A stretch of 64,000 nt of DNA from positions 1-64,000 of the forward strand of contig JAQGDQ010000995.1 of NCBI GenBank assembly GCA_030141605.1. Direction: 5' to 3'. Below the pieces are notes generated by a model. The model worked only from the letters and a program-made list of their open reading frames with translations. It was not told the DNA's origin and ran no database searches. This DNA comes from Tubiluchus corallicola (taxonomy: Eukaryota > Animalia > Priapulida). Positions within the stretch are counted from its first letter, which is position 1. Every line of letters begins with the position of its first letter. Both the position numbers and the translations under genes were made by a program. Of this stretch, positions 40,350 through 53,240 are shown piece by piece.

Positions 40350-40900
40350 GCCTTTTTCCACAAACAACCTTGATTAATTATTCAATTAATCGAATAAATC
40401 ATTCACACTCCTGAATGCTTAAAGACAATTGATTTTTGGCATTCGTTCAATTGCCCGACTCCGAGAGTTGATAGGGCTATGATAATCTTCCACACAACTG
40501 AAACCACGAAATATTGCGTTGTGAGTATAGATCTTTGTCTCTCGAGTTATCAAGCTGGCTCCCACAATAAGCCTTACAGTGTGAATATATCAAGTTCGTT
40601 CAAGGATTTAGTGTCTTAACGAATGTGTGCCTTAAGTAACTCTTTGAACATTAAAGCAACTCGATATTTAATATAAATGATGAAAGTTTTATTATAACCA
40701 AGTTTACAATTTAGATCAGTGTTATACGTTACTTTACAAAGCTTTAGTCATGCGCTGGTGGGCGCTTACAATTAAACGGTTAATTCCGAAGAGATAATTC
40801 TGATCATGAAATACGTCACAAGTTGCAATGTTTGCACTTATGGTGCCAAAGTTACTAAGTTATTACACTGTTGTCAATCAAATTTAGAATGGGAAATTAA
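40350..40900 (-). repeat. Diverged relative of the 13660-14200 Gypsy 3' UTR-like sequence
   Basis: Colinear shared words: AATTAATCGAAT, CGACTCCGAG, ACACAAC, TTGCGTTGTGAGT, AGATCTTT, CAAGCT..GCTCCC, TCAAGGAT, TAATTCC..AGAGATA. Confidence 0.65.
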
Positions 40901-41084
40901 TTAGAAATTAATTGGAATAATTAAATTATAAGATTTCGGAGATAGTATGCTCCTCCTTGGTCGGATAGCGAAGACCGTACAATTTGATTATAATTGACTC
41001 ACTCAGCTTGTACCTTGAATTTAATGAGTTCAGGTATCAGAGGTTGGTGAACGGGAAAAGTGGAAGATTAAACAAATGCCGACT

Positions 41085-41230
41085 AGTTAAAAGAGTGCTG
41101 CAGACCCGGGCCTTTCACCCCCAAGAGAATGAGTACAGGGGAGCCACGGGGAAATTACGAGGCTACCGGCGGTCCGTTTCCGCCGACTGGAACTTAAGAT
41201 ATGTGGAGACAGGCGGCAGTAGTGTAAATA
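41085..41230 (+). mobile_element. Gypsy gag-pol junction fragment, same family as 6400-6545
   Basis: TGCTGCAGACCCGGG..GGGGAAA..AGGCTACCGGCGG..GGAGACAGGCGGC..TGTAAATA matches the reverse complement of 6400-6545. Confidence 0.7.
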
Positions 41231-41319
41231 ATGGAAGATTGTCAAAATTGTATAACAGTGATACGTGTAATTATGTGAGTAATTTGAAGCTAATGCAAAA
41301 CATGAATGAGCGAGCGTAA

Positions 41320-42580
41320 AGAAAACTGTCAGGTTACGAGGGCGAAACAAAAGGACTGGGATGCCATAGGGGCGTTTCAAGCCATGGAGTAATACTGGTC
41401 TTGATCATTTTGGTCCTGTCTTGGTGAAAGGAAAAAAGTCCCCGTCGAAAATGTGGGTTTGCTTATGCACCTGCTTTACTCTAAGAGCGATTCACAAGGA
41501 GCTGGTATATGATTGTTCATCGCATGAATTTCTTTGTGCTTTTAGTTGATATGTTGCAAGAAGAGGCCTCCCAGAACGTGTCATATCTGACAACGTGAGC
41601 CAATTTAAGTTGTCAAATTTATTTTTTCAAAGATTGTTGGAATCCATTCCTTCAGATCCAGATGTAAGTACTTATATGTCTGACAAACAGATAGAGTGGA
41701 AATTCATTGCTCAGTTGTCGCCATGGCAAGGTGGAATCAATGAGTGAATGGTCGGAGTTTTGAAGAATAGTCTCCGCAAGGCACTGGGGCGACAACTGTT
41801 TTGTTTTCTTCTCAACTCAGTACTGTATTATGTGATGTAGAAGCAGTGATTAACACTCGCCCTATAACATATCTTTCTGAACACTGTGATGATTACAAAC
41901 CCTTAACTACAGGAGATTTTTTAACTTCAGGCCAGCAAGTTTTGACAGTTTCTGGTAGCCAAGGAGAGGTAAGGATTTCCACAATCAACAGCGGCGTTTT
42001 CTTAATGACTTTATTGAAAGACGGAAGAGTGGGTATTTGTCTATGCTGAGAGAACGAGCTTCTGGATATCATCCTAGCAAAAAAATACGTGTGGAAAGAA
42101 CCCCAAAGGTTGGAGAGATAGTATTGGTTCGTGAAGACGTATTTCTCGGTGCAACTGCAAACACTTAAATTACTGTGGTGATAATGAAATCTGATCTGCA
42201 CGGGTTCTGACGGCAAATACGTAAACTCACTCCTCCTATTTCACTACTGTATCCACTAGATGTACAACCTCATACTGGAGATGGATCTAAGGAAGACCAA
42301 TCTTCTAGTGAATATAATGACGAGGACGTTACCCAATTTGAAGGGAAATCTAAACCTCGAGTCACTCGTAAAGCTGCACATAAATTCCGTCAGAACTTAA
42401 AAGAGATGATTTCACCACGAGTGATACAATAATTACCGTTTTGAAAAAAAGTTAGTTTTCTTGAACTTGTACTTTAAATATTCTCTTTGTAGGGCTTTTT
42501 GTTCATCTTTTGTATAGAACTGTTGAATTTTATGACATATATTTTCATATATATTTAAATTTGTTTTTCTCCGCCTGGAG
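41320..42580 (+). mobile_element. BEL/Pao integrase and 3' end relic
   Basis: TGLDHFGP, WVCLCTC..RAIHKELV, ARRGLPERVISDN, WKFIAQLSPWQGG, VEAVINTRPI, PLT..DFL, VGEIVLVRED; stops and frameshifts; CGCCTGGAG-TGT junction near 42573-42583. Confidence 0.88.
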
Positions 42581-43092
42581 TGTCATCAAGTAAGACCAGA
42601 AACGTTTTTTTTTGCGTAGTTCAAGTTTCCGCTTGTTGATGAAAGTTTTATTACTTGTAAGGAAAAAAGTTGTCTTCATGCAGGCAATATGAATCCAGAA
42701 ATAACAAAATCAGTAAAACGTTGATTTTTGATCAAATTAGTTTTTTTAACCAGAATATTGTTACATAATCATCATGTAGTTTACAGAAGCATCACTCATT
42801 GTAAATTATTTCCTTTTCCTTCTGGCAGTGCACTTGTTTTTCCTAAGATAGCTATTTTCCGGTTTTCCACTCGCCCGTCAAGGCACAATATGTGCTCAGG
42901 GGTTTGCTCCTCATTTCCAATTGTACGTAGTGTGCTGTCTGCAAGGCTGTATAGGTACATATTCTCCTAAAAATGTTCTTGTCCAATTAAACGTAGAACG
43001 AAATTACGATTGGATCTAAATTACCCTCCTTTATGCTTAGCGGAATCTGAATTCTGAATTCCAAGCCCATTGTTTGCCTGACTTTAGCAATA

Positions 43093-44144
43093 CTATAATT
43101 TCTGCCACTGCTGAAATCGAAGTTCTTCAGTGAAGAACCTCTCTGTTTTCAACATCTCGATACAGAAGTTAGGGGCTCCTCTTCGAAGTTTGTATGTGCA
43201 TATGGCTGAGGTTGAAGGCTTGAAGCGCGGGTCAAGAACACGTGAATTTTCTGCTGAATGAATATGAAGCCTTAAAATTTCTAAATCTTTTGACATTTTA
43301 TCACTGCCATAGTTTTTCACCTTTTTATTAAAATCACTTAAAATTGTTCTGTAGAATAATGTATCCCATTCACTCCATCGCTCCACTATGCGATTTTGCC
43401 AGTTTGAGAGCATTGTCTTCTTTGACGGTTTTCGCACGTTTGTTTTAAACACTATAACATCTTTCCAATCCCAACAAAGTAGGTTTTTCAGAAGAACTAG
43501 CGACTCGTCAAATCTCTCAGCTATCATTATTAAATCAAACTTATTTAGTATTTTTATGAGTTTCTGTGCTGCAGATGTGTTGTTATAATTGGTTCTCTGT
43601 AATCCAAACATTCGAAGCAGACAATTGCGTAAATTATAAGTGTTTTTGCATGAGTACCACGTGCAGAGTAATTCAGTGGACATTGTAAAAACGTTGTTAT
43701 GTTAACACCAAAATAGTTCTCATAACCACCATAGCTATAAAAAGATTCCAACCATGAGGCAGGATGACGTAAAATTGATAAAAACTTTGCTTTTGGCATT
43801 AGCGTCTTCACTTTGTCTATATGTAGTATTGTATGGTGACAGAACACATTGTAGACATTTCTTGGATGAGGGATAAGCATCCTTTTGCCAAATTCTTTAT
43901 TTAAATCAATGAGGTTTCCCTTACGAGGAAGTGCAAAGGACATATTGTTATATTTACCATATCTCATGAATATGTTTTGAAGAGCGCTGCTTGCACATTT
44001 AGGAGTTTTAAAAAAGAAGAGATCATGGACTGGTTTGCAAATTGATAACGAGACTGAGGATGACGTCGATGATGAAGATTTGTCTCTTCTATAAATCCTG
44101 CAGCAAGGTACTAATGTAAATAAATCAAACACTAAGAAGCTCAA
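43093..44144 (-). pseudogene. Intronless galactose-3-O-sulfotransferase (GAL3ST family), frameshifted
   Basis: FFFKTPKCASSALQNIFMRYG, FALP, NVFCHHT, LSILRHP..LESFYSY in one frame; RNCLLRMFG, FDLIMIAERFDESLVLLKNLLCW, W..WDTLFY in the other. Shift near the T5 run at 43643-43647; no clean in-frame ATG upstream. Confidence 0.88.
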
Positions 44145-44729
44145 CTTTTATTCCCCGCCTTCACTATTATAGCACTACATGTCTTTTCCCCGAATACTGC
44201 AATATTGGCGCCATGCAATTGTGCGATATGTTCTTTCTTTGCTTTCGTGGCAGAAGTTATTTAATTAAAACTGAATACAAGACACACAGCACTAAATTTA
44301 CTATGAAAAAATAAACAACGGCCAAATACGTACGTAAGTCAATGTGTATAATTAAGGAACCTAGGACACAGGTTTTTCTTACACGAATCTTTTTAGGTTG
44401 TGTAGTTTGCAAGCGTAAACTGGGCAAGTCACAGCTAAGAGTTGAACAAATTTGGATAACATGCTGAAGTGAGAGCACTGATTAGATTAGATTAGATTCT
44501 TTATTTCGAGTGAGTCGAAAGTCATAGTGGTCTTGAAGCGCAATCTTAATAACAGAACTAACAACACAGCTATGGTAGAAAATAGCGCCTTTTAATCTGG
44601 CTGGTGTGTTTAACTGAATGCGTTATTTTGCTGGCAAATAGATATTTGTGTAGTTTGGTTAGCAATTTTAGTCATTTTTGTTATCTGTTTGTATTTTATC
44701 AGTAACTATATTGATAGTCATTCATTTGA

Positions 44730-45400
44730 AATCACAGCCTCCCAATTTGCAGCAGAGATTTGATGATTTAATGTTGGCCAATCTGCATAATTATAATCAT
44801 ATACCTTTGAAAACATAACGTACTGGAATTTTGACGCAAATTTTACCAAAAATGGGATCATGATCGCATGTAAATATTTGTAAAGCACACCATAGTTAGT
44901 AAATAATCAAAGTGAGTTTGTGATTATCAAATGCAGTACAGACTTTGACGTACTATTTACTCGAGAGTGATTGGTAATTAAATGGAACAATTGATTTTGT
45001 ACAATGAGATCATTTAAGTTACGGCCCATTGGATATTCATTTAACTCTGTCTGGCCCCCGACCTTGCATTTGGCATTAAAGTTGCCAACAAAGACAATGC
45101 TATAAGGGTGCTTGGGTTAAGAGGCTAATAGGTTATTATAAGAATCATCTAATTCTTCAATAAATCGGTATTCACCTGCTGCACCCTGGGATAGGGATCT
45201 ATAACAAATGTACATATAGAGTGTGTTAACCTTTAAACTAATTTCGAACCACGTGAATTCAAACAGGTTCTGTGGCAACAACCCAGTCCATGTTTTAAAA
45301 TGCATGTGATAGGCCGCATAAAATGCTACTCCACCATTTCTGTCCCGATCTTTTCTCACTGAACCTTGGAATCCGGAAAGATAACGTCATTTGCTATGAA
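44730..45400 (-). mobile_element. LINE APE-endonuclease fragment (second copy ~47860-48520)
   Basis: RKDRDRNGGVAFY..ICYRS..FIEELDDS, VFVGNFNAK, CDHDPIF motifs. Confidence 0.75.
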
Positions 45401-47169
45401 CCGGTCAAGAGTCAACATTTGAATTAAAAAACACAATAATGTAGCAATGAATGGACAGTTCCGTTTTCGCAATTATATTAAATATATGAAAATACCGCTA
45501 ACCTCACGTATCACAATTCACTAACTTACTTGCCATATCGAAAGTCTTTTTTTCTTTATCAACCACCTTATAGTCCTATAGGCCAAAATATATAAGAATA
45601 ATTATGAGCAAGTTCTCTGATTCTTTTTTCCAAACGTTTAAAAAACAAATTTCGCAAACTTTCTTTGCAGTAATATTTTTTGAGATTATACGACTTGCTA
45701 ATTTTTGAATAACGTGCTGAATTTACCTTTCATAGTCATCGTGTCTGTTGACAAATTGTTGTTGTAAATAATTTTTGTAGCGAAACACATAATCAGTTGT
45801 TGACGCGTTGTAAACAAATATATAAAGTACTTTTACACAAGTATAACTTGAAAGTATAAAAACAAGAATTTAATGGCGGCCGTTTTCCTTGCCATACTGA
45901 AAATATTATACTTTTTGGCATTGGCTACAAAGCGGCATTCGTTATATGGATTTCGTCGATTCTTAATGTATTTTAATTTTTATGCATGTGCATCTTGCAT
46001 ATTATTAAATACAAGTGTTTTTACAATTGCAGTACTAGTTTCTAGACAGAAAAATGGATAAATTAGATTTAGTATAAATATTTTCCTGATAATTTTGTGC
46101 TGGAATATAAAAGTCCATAATATAGTAAACATTTGTTTTTATAAAAAATTTAAAAAGCTAAATTTCACGAATTTTGATATATTTTTATTGTGTCATTAAA
46201 CTTAATAATATGTTACTTATTCGACTGGTTTCAGTTGATTTTATAGATAAAAAGCCTGTTTTTCATCCATCACACCACAAAAGAATCCATGCTATTTAGG
46301 TAGTGTCCCCGTAGAGTCTGCTACACTCAGCTACTGTCTGTTTCCTTTAGTGGGCAGTTGGTTAGTGCCCCTAGCTTGGCCAAGGAATTGATCAAACTTA
46401 GCAGCGACTAACATTAATTGGCCCCTAAGGTCCGCCCCTGTGTGCACGGGCCATTTCAGTTTGTGACAGCAGCGTTGTGACTGATTTAATAAGTTTTCTG
46501 CTCTGTGCGTTTATTTCAAAAATTTAAGTTTAAAACAAAGACCTTGGAAACAAAATTTAGCACTCGCACAAGAAAGTAGGTGCGAGAAACTAGGTCACTT
46601 TACACTGATGTTCCAGTTCTATAACATTGCGCTGAACGTATAACAGGTTTAGTTGTTATAACTTTGCGCAGTACGAAATTTTTGCTGCGCTTTAATGTAC
46701 TTTGTTCTTGTGGCTTCCATAGCAAAATCTTCTTGAATTACAGTTATTGAAGCCAAGTTTTGTGCAGAATTCGCTGTCGCGAATTACACAATTTGAATAA
46801 TTCGCACAGTTGATACTGCTTGGCAAAAGTTGAATAATAAATGTGTTCACACACACAGTATTATAATACTACATTAATAAACATGGAAGACGAAGACATT
46901 ATTTATACAAGAGAACAAATGGACGGTTTACCAATGTCCAAGCTTCGAGAAATAGGTAGATCATTGGGTGTGATAAAATGTCGTTAACCAATGAAAAGAA
47001 AACAACCCACGTATTATTCAGGAAAACTACGATAAAGTATTTATTCCCATGAACATTTAATGAACATATGTTAAAATTAGATTATAATATAATTAGCATA
47101 CACCTTTCGGCACACGCTACGTCAAAAGGTGGTCTTCGGGTACCTGTGGCCCTTCTAACCCGAACCATC

Positions 47170-47675
47170 ACACATGTGATTCTGCCAATTTGAGAGCATT
47201 GTCTTCTTAGACTGTTTTCGCATGTTTGTTTTAAACACTTACATCTTTCCAAACCCAACAAAGTAGGTTTTTCAGAAGAACTCGTCAAATCGTTCAGTTA
47301 TCATTATTAAATCAATCTTATTCTGTATTTCCTTTATGAGTTTCAGAGCTGCACCAGTGTTATTATAATCTGTTCTCTGTAGTCTAAACAATTTCAAGCA
47401 TAGCAGTGTGTAATTTATAAATGTTCTTTGCACGAGTACCACGTGCAGAGTAATACAATTGATTTCGTAAAGATTAAAACCAAAATAGTTCTCATAACCA
47501 CCATAGCTATAAAAATATTCCAACCATGAGGTAGGCTGACGTAAAATTGATAAAAAATTGCTTTGGGCCGTAGCGTCTTCGGCTTGTCTATATGTAGTAT
47601 TGCATGGTGGCAGAACACATTGTAGACATTCCTTGGATGAGGGATAAGCATTCTTTTGCCAAATTCTTTATTTAC
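47170..47675 (-). pseudogene. GAL3ST partial pseudogene copy 2
   Basis: LIPHPRNVYNVFCHH, YSYGGYENYFG, IDLIMITERFDE; multiple frameshifts; homologous to ~43395-43905. Confidence 0.88.
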
Positions 47676-48688
47676 ACTGAGCCAAAAAGAATTTAAACAC
47701 TTTCATTCAACTGCAATTTTATTAAAAAAAGTTTATTTACACTGAATGCGTTATTTCGCTGGCAAATAGATGTTTGTGTAGTTTGGTTAGTAATTTTAGT
47801 TATTTTTGTTATCTGTTTGTATTTTATCAGTAACTATATTGATAGTCATTCATTTGAAATCACAGCCTCCAAATTTGGAGCAGAGATTTGATGATTTAAT
47901 GTTGGCCAATCTGCATAATTATAATCATATACCTTTGAAAACATGACGTACTGGAATTTTGACGCAAATTTTACCAAAAATGGGATCATGATCGCATGTA
48001 AATATTTGTAAAGCACACCATAGTTAGTAAATAATCAAAGTGAGTTTGTGATTATCAAATGCAGTACAGACTTTGACGTACTATTTACTCGAGAGTGATT
48101 GGTAATTAAATGGAATAATTGATTTTGTACAATGAGATTATTTAAGTTGCGGCCAATTGGATATTCATTTACCTCTGCCTGGCCCTAAACGTTGCATTTG
48201 GCATTAAAGTTGCCAACAATGACAATGCTTGGATTAACGGGTGCTTGGGTTAAGAGGCTAGTAGGTTATTATAAGATTCATCTAAAGCTTCAATAAATCA
48301 GTCTTTACCTGCTCCACCCTGGGATAGAGATCTATAACAAATGTACATATAGAATATGTTAACCTTTAAACTACTTTCGAAAAACGTAAATTCAAACAGA
48401 TTCTGTGGCAACAACCCAGTTAGTGTTTTAAAATGTATAAAATGCTATTACCATTTCTGTCTCGATCTTTTCTGACTGGACCTTGGAATCCAGAAAGACA
48501 ATGTCGTTTGCTATGAACCAGTCTAGAGTCTACATTTGAATTAAAAAGCACAATAATGTAGCAATGAATGGACAGTTCCGTTTTCGCAATTGTATTAAAT
48601 ATGTAAAAATACCGCTAACCTCACGTATCACAATCCACTAACGTACCTCTCATGTCGAAGGTCTTTTTTTCTTTATCAATCAACCACC

Positions 48689-49022
48689 TTATAGTCCTGT
48701 AGGCCAAAATATATAAGAAGAATTATGAGTAAGTTCTTTTGAATCTTTATTCCAACGTTGGAAAATCAAATTTCGCAAAACCGACTTTGCAGTAATTTTT
48801 TTAAGATTATACGACTTACTAATTTTTGAATAACGTGCGTTACTGAATTTACCTTTCATAGTCATCGCGTCTGTTGACAAACTGTTGTTGCAAATAATTT
48901 TTGTAGCGAAATACAAAATCAGTTGTTGACGTGTTGTAAATAAATATATGGAGTACTTTTACACAAGTATAACTTGAAAGTATAAAAACAAGCAATTTAA
49001 TGGCGGCCGTTTTCCTTGCCAT
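48689..49022 (-). pseudogene. Possible 5' remnant of a type II membrane protein gene (second copy ~45570-45895)
   Basis: MARKTAAIKLLVFILSSYTCVKVLHIFIY (basic tail + hydrophobic segment) followed by a stop and a frameshifted continuation; family not recognised. Confidence 0.25.
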
Positions 49023-50443
49023 ATTGAAAATGCGCAACTGTTTCAAAAGCAACGACGAACATACATGAGAAATTATACGCCTTGCAGCTTCTAAAATGCT
49101 GTCACGAAAAATATCACATATTATACTTTTTACGGCTTTGGTTACAGAGTAGCATTCATTATATGGATTTCCTCGATTCTTAATGTATTTTAATTCAGAA
49201 AAGTTTGAAAAAACAAATTTAGAGATAGATAAGATAAGATCGACGCATGTGTATCTCGCATATTATTAAATACAGGTGTTTTTATAATTGCAGTACTAGT
49301 TTCTAGACAGAAAAATGGGTAAATTAGATTTTTAGTTTTTTTTTAACATTTTCCTGATAATTTTGTGCTAGAATATAAGATTCCATAATATAGTTTGCAT
49401 TTGTTTTCATAAAAATAAAAAAAGCTAAATTTCACGAATTTTGATATTTTTATTGTGTCATTAAACTTAATAATATGTTACTTATTTGACTGCTTACAGT
49501 TTGCTTTTTGGGGTATAGTTAAAAAGCCTGTTTTTCATCCATCACACCACAAAAGAATTCATGCTATTTAGGTTGAGCCCCCGTAGAGTCTATGCCTACA
49601 CTCAGCTATTGTCTGTCTCTTTAGTGGGCAGTCGGTTAGTGCCCCTAGCTCAGCCAAGGAACTGATCAAACTTAGCAGCGACTAACATTAATTGGCCCCT
49701 AAGGTCCGCCCCTGTGTGCACGGGCCATTTCAGTTTGTGACAGCAGCGTTGTGACTGATTTAATAAGTTTTCTGCTCTGTGCGTTTATTTCAAAAATTTA
49801 AGTTTAAAACAAAGACCTTGGAAACAAAATTTAGCACTCGCACAAGAAAGTAGGTGCGAGAAACTAGGTCACTTTACACTTATGTTCCAGTTCTATAACA
49901 TTGCGCTGAACGTATAACAGGTTTAGTTGTTATAACTTTGCGCAGTACGAAATTTTTGCTGCGCTTTAATGTACTTTGTTCTTGTGGCTTCCATAGCAAA
50001 ATCTTCTTGAATTACAGTTATTGAAGCCAAGTTTTGTGCAGAATTCGCTGTCGCGAATTACACAATTTGAATAATTCGCACAGTTGATACTGCTTGGCAA
50101 AAGTTGAATAATAAATGTGTTCACACACACAGTATTATAATACTACATTAATAAACATGGAAGACGAAGACATTATTTATACAAGAGAACAAATGGACGG
50201 TTTACCAATGTCCAAGCTTCGAGAAATAGGTAGATCATTGGGTGTGATAAAATGTCGTTAACCAATGAAAAGAAAACAACCCACGTATTATTCAGGAAAA
50301 CTACGATAAAGTATTTATTCCCATGAACATTTAATGAACATATGTTAAAATTAGATTATAATATAATTAGCATACACCTTTCGGCACACGCTACGTCAAA
50401 AGGTGGTCTTCGGGTACCTGTGGCCCTTCTAACCCGAACCATC

Positions 50444-50949
50444 ACACATGTGATTCTGCCAATTTGAGAGCATTGTCTTCTTAGACTGTTTTCGCATGTT
50501 TGTTTTAAACACTTACATCTTTCCAAACCCAACAAAGTAGGTTTTTCAGAAGAACTCGTCAAATCGTTCAGTTATCATTATTAAATCAATCTTATTCTGT
50601 ATTTCCTTTATGAGTTTCAGAGCTGCAGCAGTGTTATTATAATCTGTTCTCTGTAGTCTAAACAATTTCAAGCATAGCAGTGTGTAATTTATAAATGTTC
50701 TTTGCACGAGTACCACGTGCAGAGTAATACAATTGATTTCGTAAAGATTAAAACCAAAATAGTTCTCATAACCACCATAGCTATAAAAATATTCCAACCA
50801 TGAGGTAGGCTGACGTAAAATTGATAAAAAATTGCTTTGGGCCGTAGCGTCTTCGGCTTGTCTATATGTAGTATTGCATGGTGGCAGAACACATTGTAGA
50901 CATTCCTTGGATGAGGGATAAGCATTCTTTTGCCAAATTCTTTATTTAC
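50444..50949 (-). pseudogene. GAL3ST partial pseudogene copy 3
   Basis: Nearly identical to 47170-47675 (one visible difference, GCACCAG vs GCAGCAG). Confidence 0.88.
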
Positions 50950-51029
50950 ACTGAGCCATCTGAAATTGCATTGCACACACATGGATCATGATATTTAACA
51001 GAGCATTTCCGTAGATCATTTCTGCTTTG

Positions 51030-53240
51030 AATATTATGAGAATCTAATCTGGTAGGGGCAGTACAGTTATGCAGTTCAGCATTGTAAAAAAAATAATTAC
51101 TAAAAAGGGGTGGTAACATGTTGTTGAAAAACTTAAACTTGAAAACTGCGATTTGGAATTTGTTGACTTTACAAATATTTAAGACATTTGATCTTTTAAA
51201 TAACGACGGAGATTGATCTCTGTAAGCAGCAAAACTTACGGCTCTAGCTGCTTTCTTTTGGATGGTATGTAATTTGCTTAAACTGGTTGGTTAGGTACTG
51301 CCCCATGCTATATTAGAATTTTGTTTGGATGTTTTATTTGAAACAAATTTTAAGTGTTCCCGCCATGTTAAATGTTCACGATCAATGATAGTCTCTAAAA
51401 ACTTTTCTTATTTTTGCTTGAAAATAGCATGTATTTTGCTTTATTAGTGTTAAGTGAAAGTTTGTTGGCTTTATACCAGGCAGATAGTGGTATGAGTTCA
51501 TGCTTTTCAACATTTAGCATAGTTTCATAATTTGGGTTTCTGTAAAAGATAATTGTGTCATCTACGAATACAATAAATTTTAGAATGTCTAAGACATTAC
51601 ATAGGTCATTGATATGAACAGTAAAAGGAAGGGGGCAAGAATAGCTCCCTGCAGGGCGCCATAAGTAATTTCTTTCAAAGAAGAAAATGTATGATTAATT
51701 TGAACTGACTGTTGACTATTCACATAACTAGTGAAGCATTCCAAAGAAGAAACTCTTACACCACAATGAGTTAATTTGGCTAATAATATTTTGTGATCAA
51801 TAGTATCGAATGCTCTAGAGAGGTCGATGAAAATACCTATTGTGAACACTTTGTTGCCTATTGATTTAGACAGCAAATTAAGCAGTTCTAACAGATCCAT
51901 ATCTGCGGAATGACTATGTCTGAATCCTAGTTGCTTTTTTATATATTATACTACTTCTTTTGAGGTAATCTAGAAGCCTATTATGCATTAACTTTTCTAA
52001 AATTTTTGAGAAAGAAAAGTTTTGTCGCCACTTTTGAAAATAGGATATATTTTTGTGTTTTTTTAGTTCATTTGGCACAACTCCCTTTGAAAATGATTGA
52101 CTAAAAATATAGAAGAGGTTTGATAATATTTTCAGTTAACTTTTTGAAGAGTTTGGGATATGTCATCTTAACCAGCACTATTTTTGCTTTTAACTTGTTT
52201 ACAACATTAGCTAATTCGGTTTCATCTATTGGAAAATGCCACATTGAACTCTGGTCTGTGTAAGTGTGAAGAGAGATGAACTTGTGTATTAGATATTTTG
52301 CTAGCCAGGTTATATCCCACATTAGTGAAATAATTATTAAAACCACCTAAAATTTGATAAGCATTCCTTAACTTATGTTGCTTATCGTTATAGGCAGAAA
52401 GATCAAAATACGTAGTGCATCACTTATACGTAGCTAAGTTTATTATTTCTCAGGTGTTTTTCATATTATTTACATTATTTTGTTTGCTAATATCATAATA
52501 ATATTTTTTGCTTTCTTCAGAATTGTTAAATTATTCTCATAATTTCGGTAAATCGACATATTTTGTTCAGTTATTTTTAAATTGTTTTATTTACAAATCA
52601 TTATTACAGTTTATTGATTGAATTAAGCCTTCTGTTAACCAGGGTTTATTAAGAAAGTGGGTGAGGTTTGATTATTTTAGAAACTAAAGGAAAACAATTA
52701 TTATAGATATCAGAGAAATCAGAAATAAATGATTCGTAAGCTATGTCAGGTTGGTGAGTATGTAAGACTTGAGACCAGTCATGTAGACCTGATCTTTTAT
52801 TAAATTCCTTGTGGCTAGATCAGTAAACTTTCAAATGTATGAAACAACAGGGTGGCGATGGAGAGAAACTTTTAAAGTTGATTTTGAAAACACAGGAAAA
52901 TAGTCGAATAAACAGCTGTACCAGCAGTCAGATTGTCATATAAAATGTTGTTCGTGAAAATATTATCAATTTGTGAGGCTGAGAAACTTGTTACTCTGGT
53001 AGGTTTTGTTATTAATGGACGCAAAGTGTGACTTAGTATATTTATGATTCAGTGTATTTACGAGTTTCAGAATTAAGTAGATTTATATTAAAATCACCAG
53101 CCATGAAGACATACTTATTTTCCTTACAGTTTTTGAAAGAAGATTTTCTAAATTATCTAAAAGTGTTAAAGACTTGATCCAGGTGGTCTATACAAAACGC
53201 CTACAATCATATTTCTTGCATTAGATTAATTTCCACATAT
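51030..53240 (-). mobile_element. Decayed LINE ORF2 (CR1/L2-like; endonuclease + RT)
   Basis: AGDFNINLL and KPTRVT..QIDNIF (EN); IGIFIDLSRAFDTIDHKILL..GALQGAILAP and LFVDDT (RT); many stops. Confidence 0.88.

Larger units (their letters stand above)
44613..47684 (+). repeat. Tandem segmental duplication unit 1 (~3.1 kb)
   Basis: Starts ACTGAATGCGTTATTT and ends TTTACACTGAGCCA; colinear with 47741-50958. Confidence 0.93.
47741..50958 (+). repeat. Tandem segmental duplication unit 2 (~3.2 kb)
   Basis: Colinear with 44613-47684; the last ~1.3 kb is nearly identical, the first ~1.9 kb is visibly diverged with indels. Confidence 0.93.
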
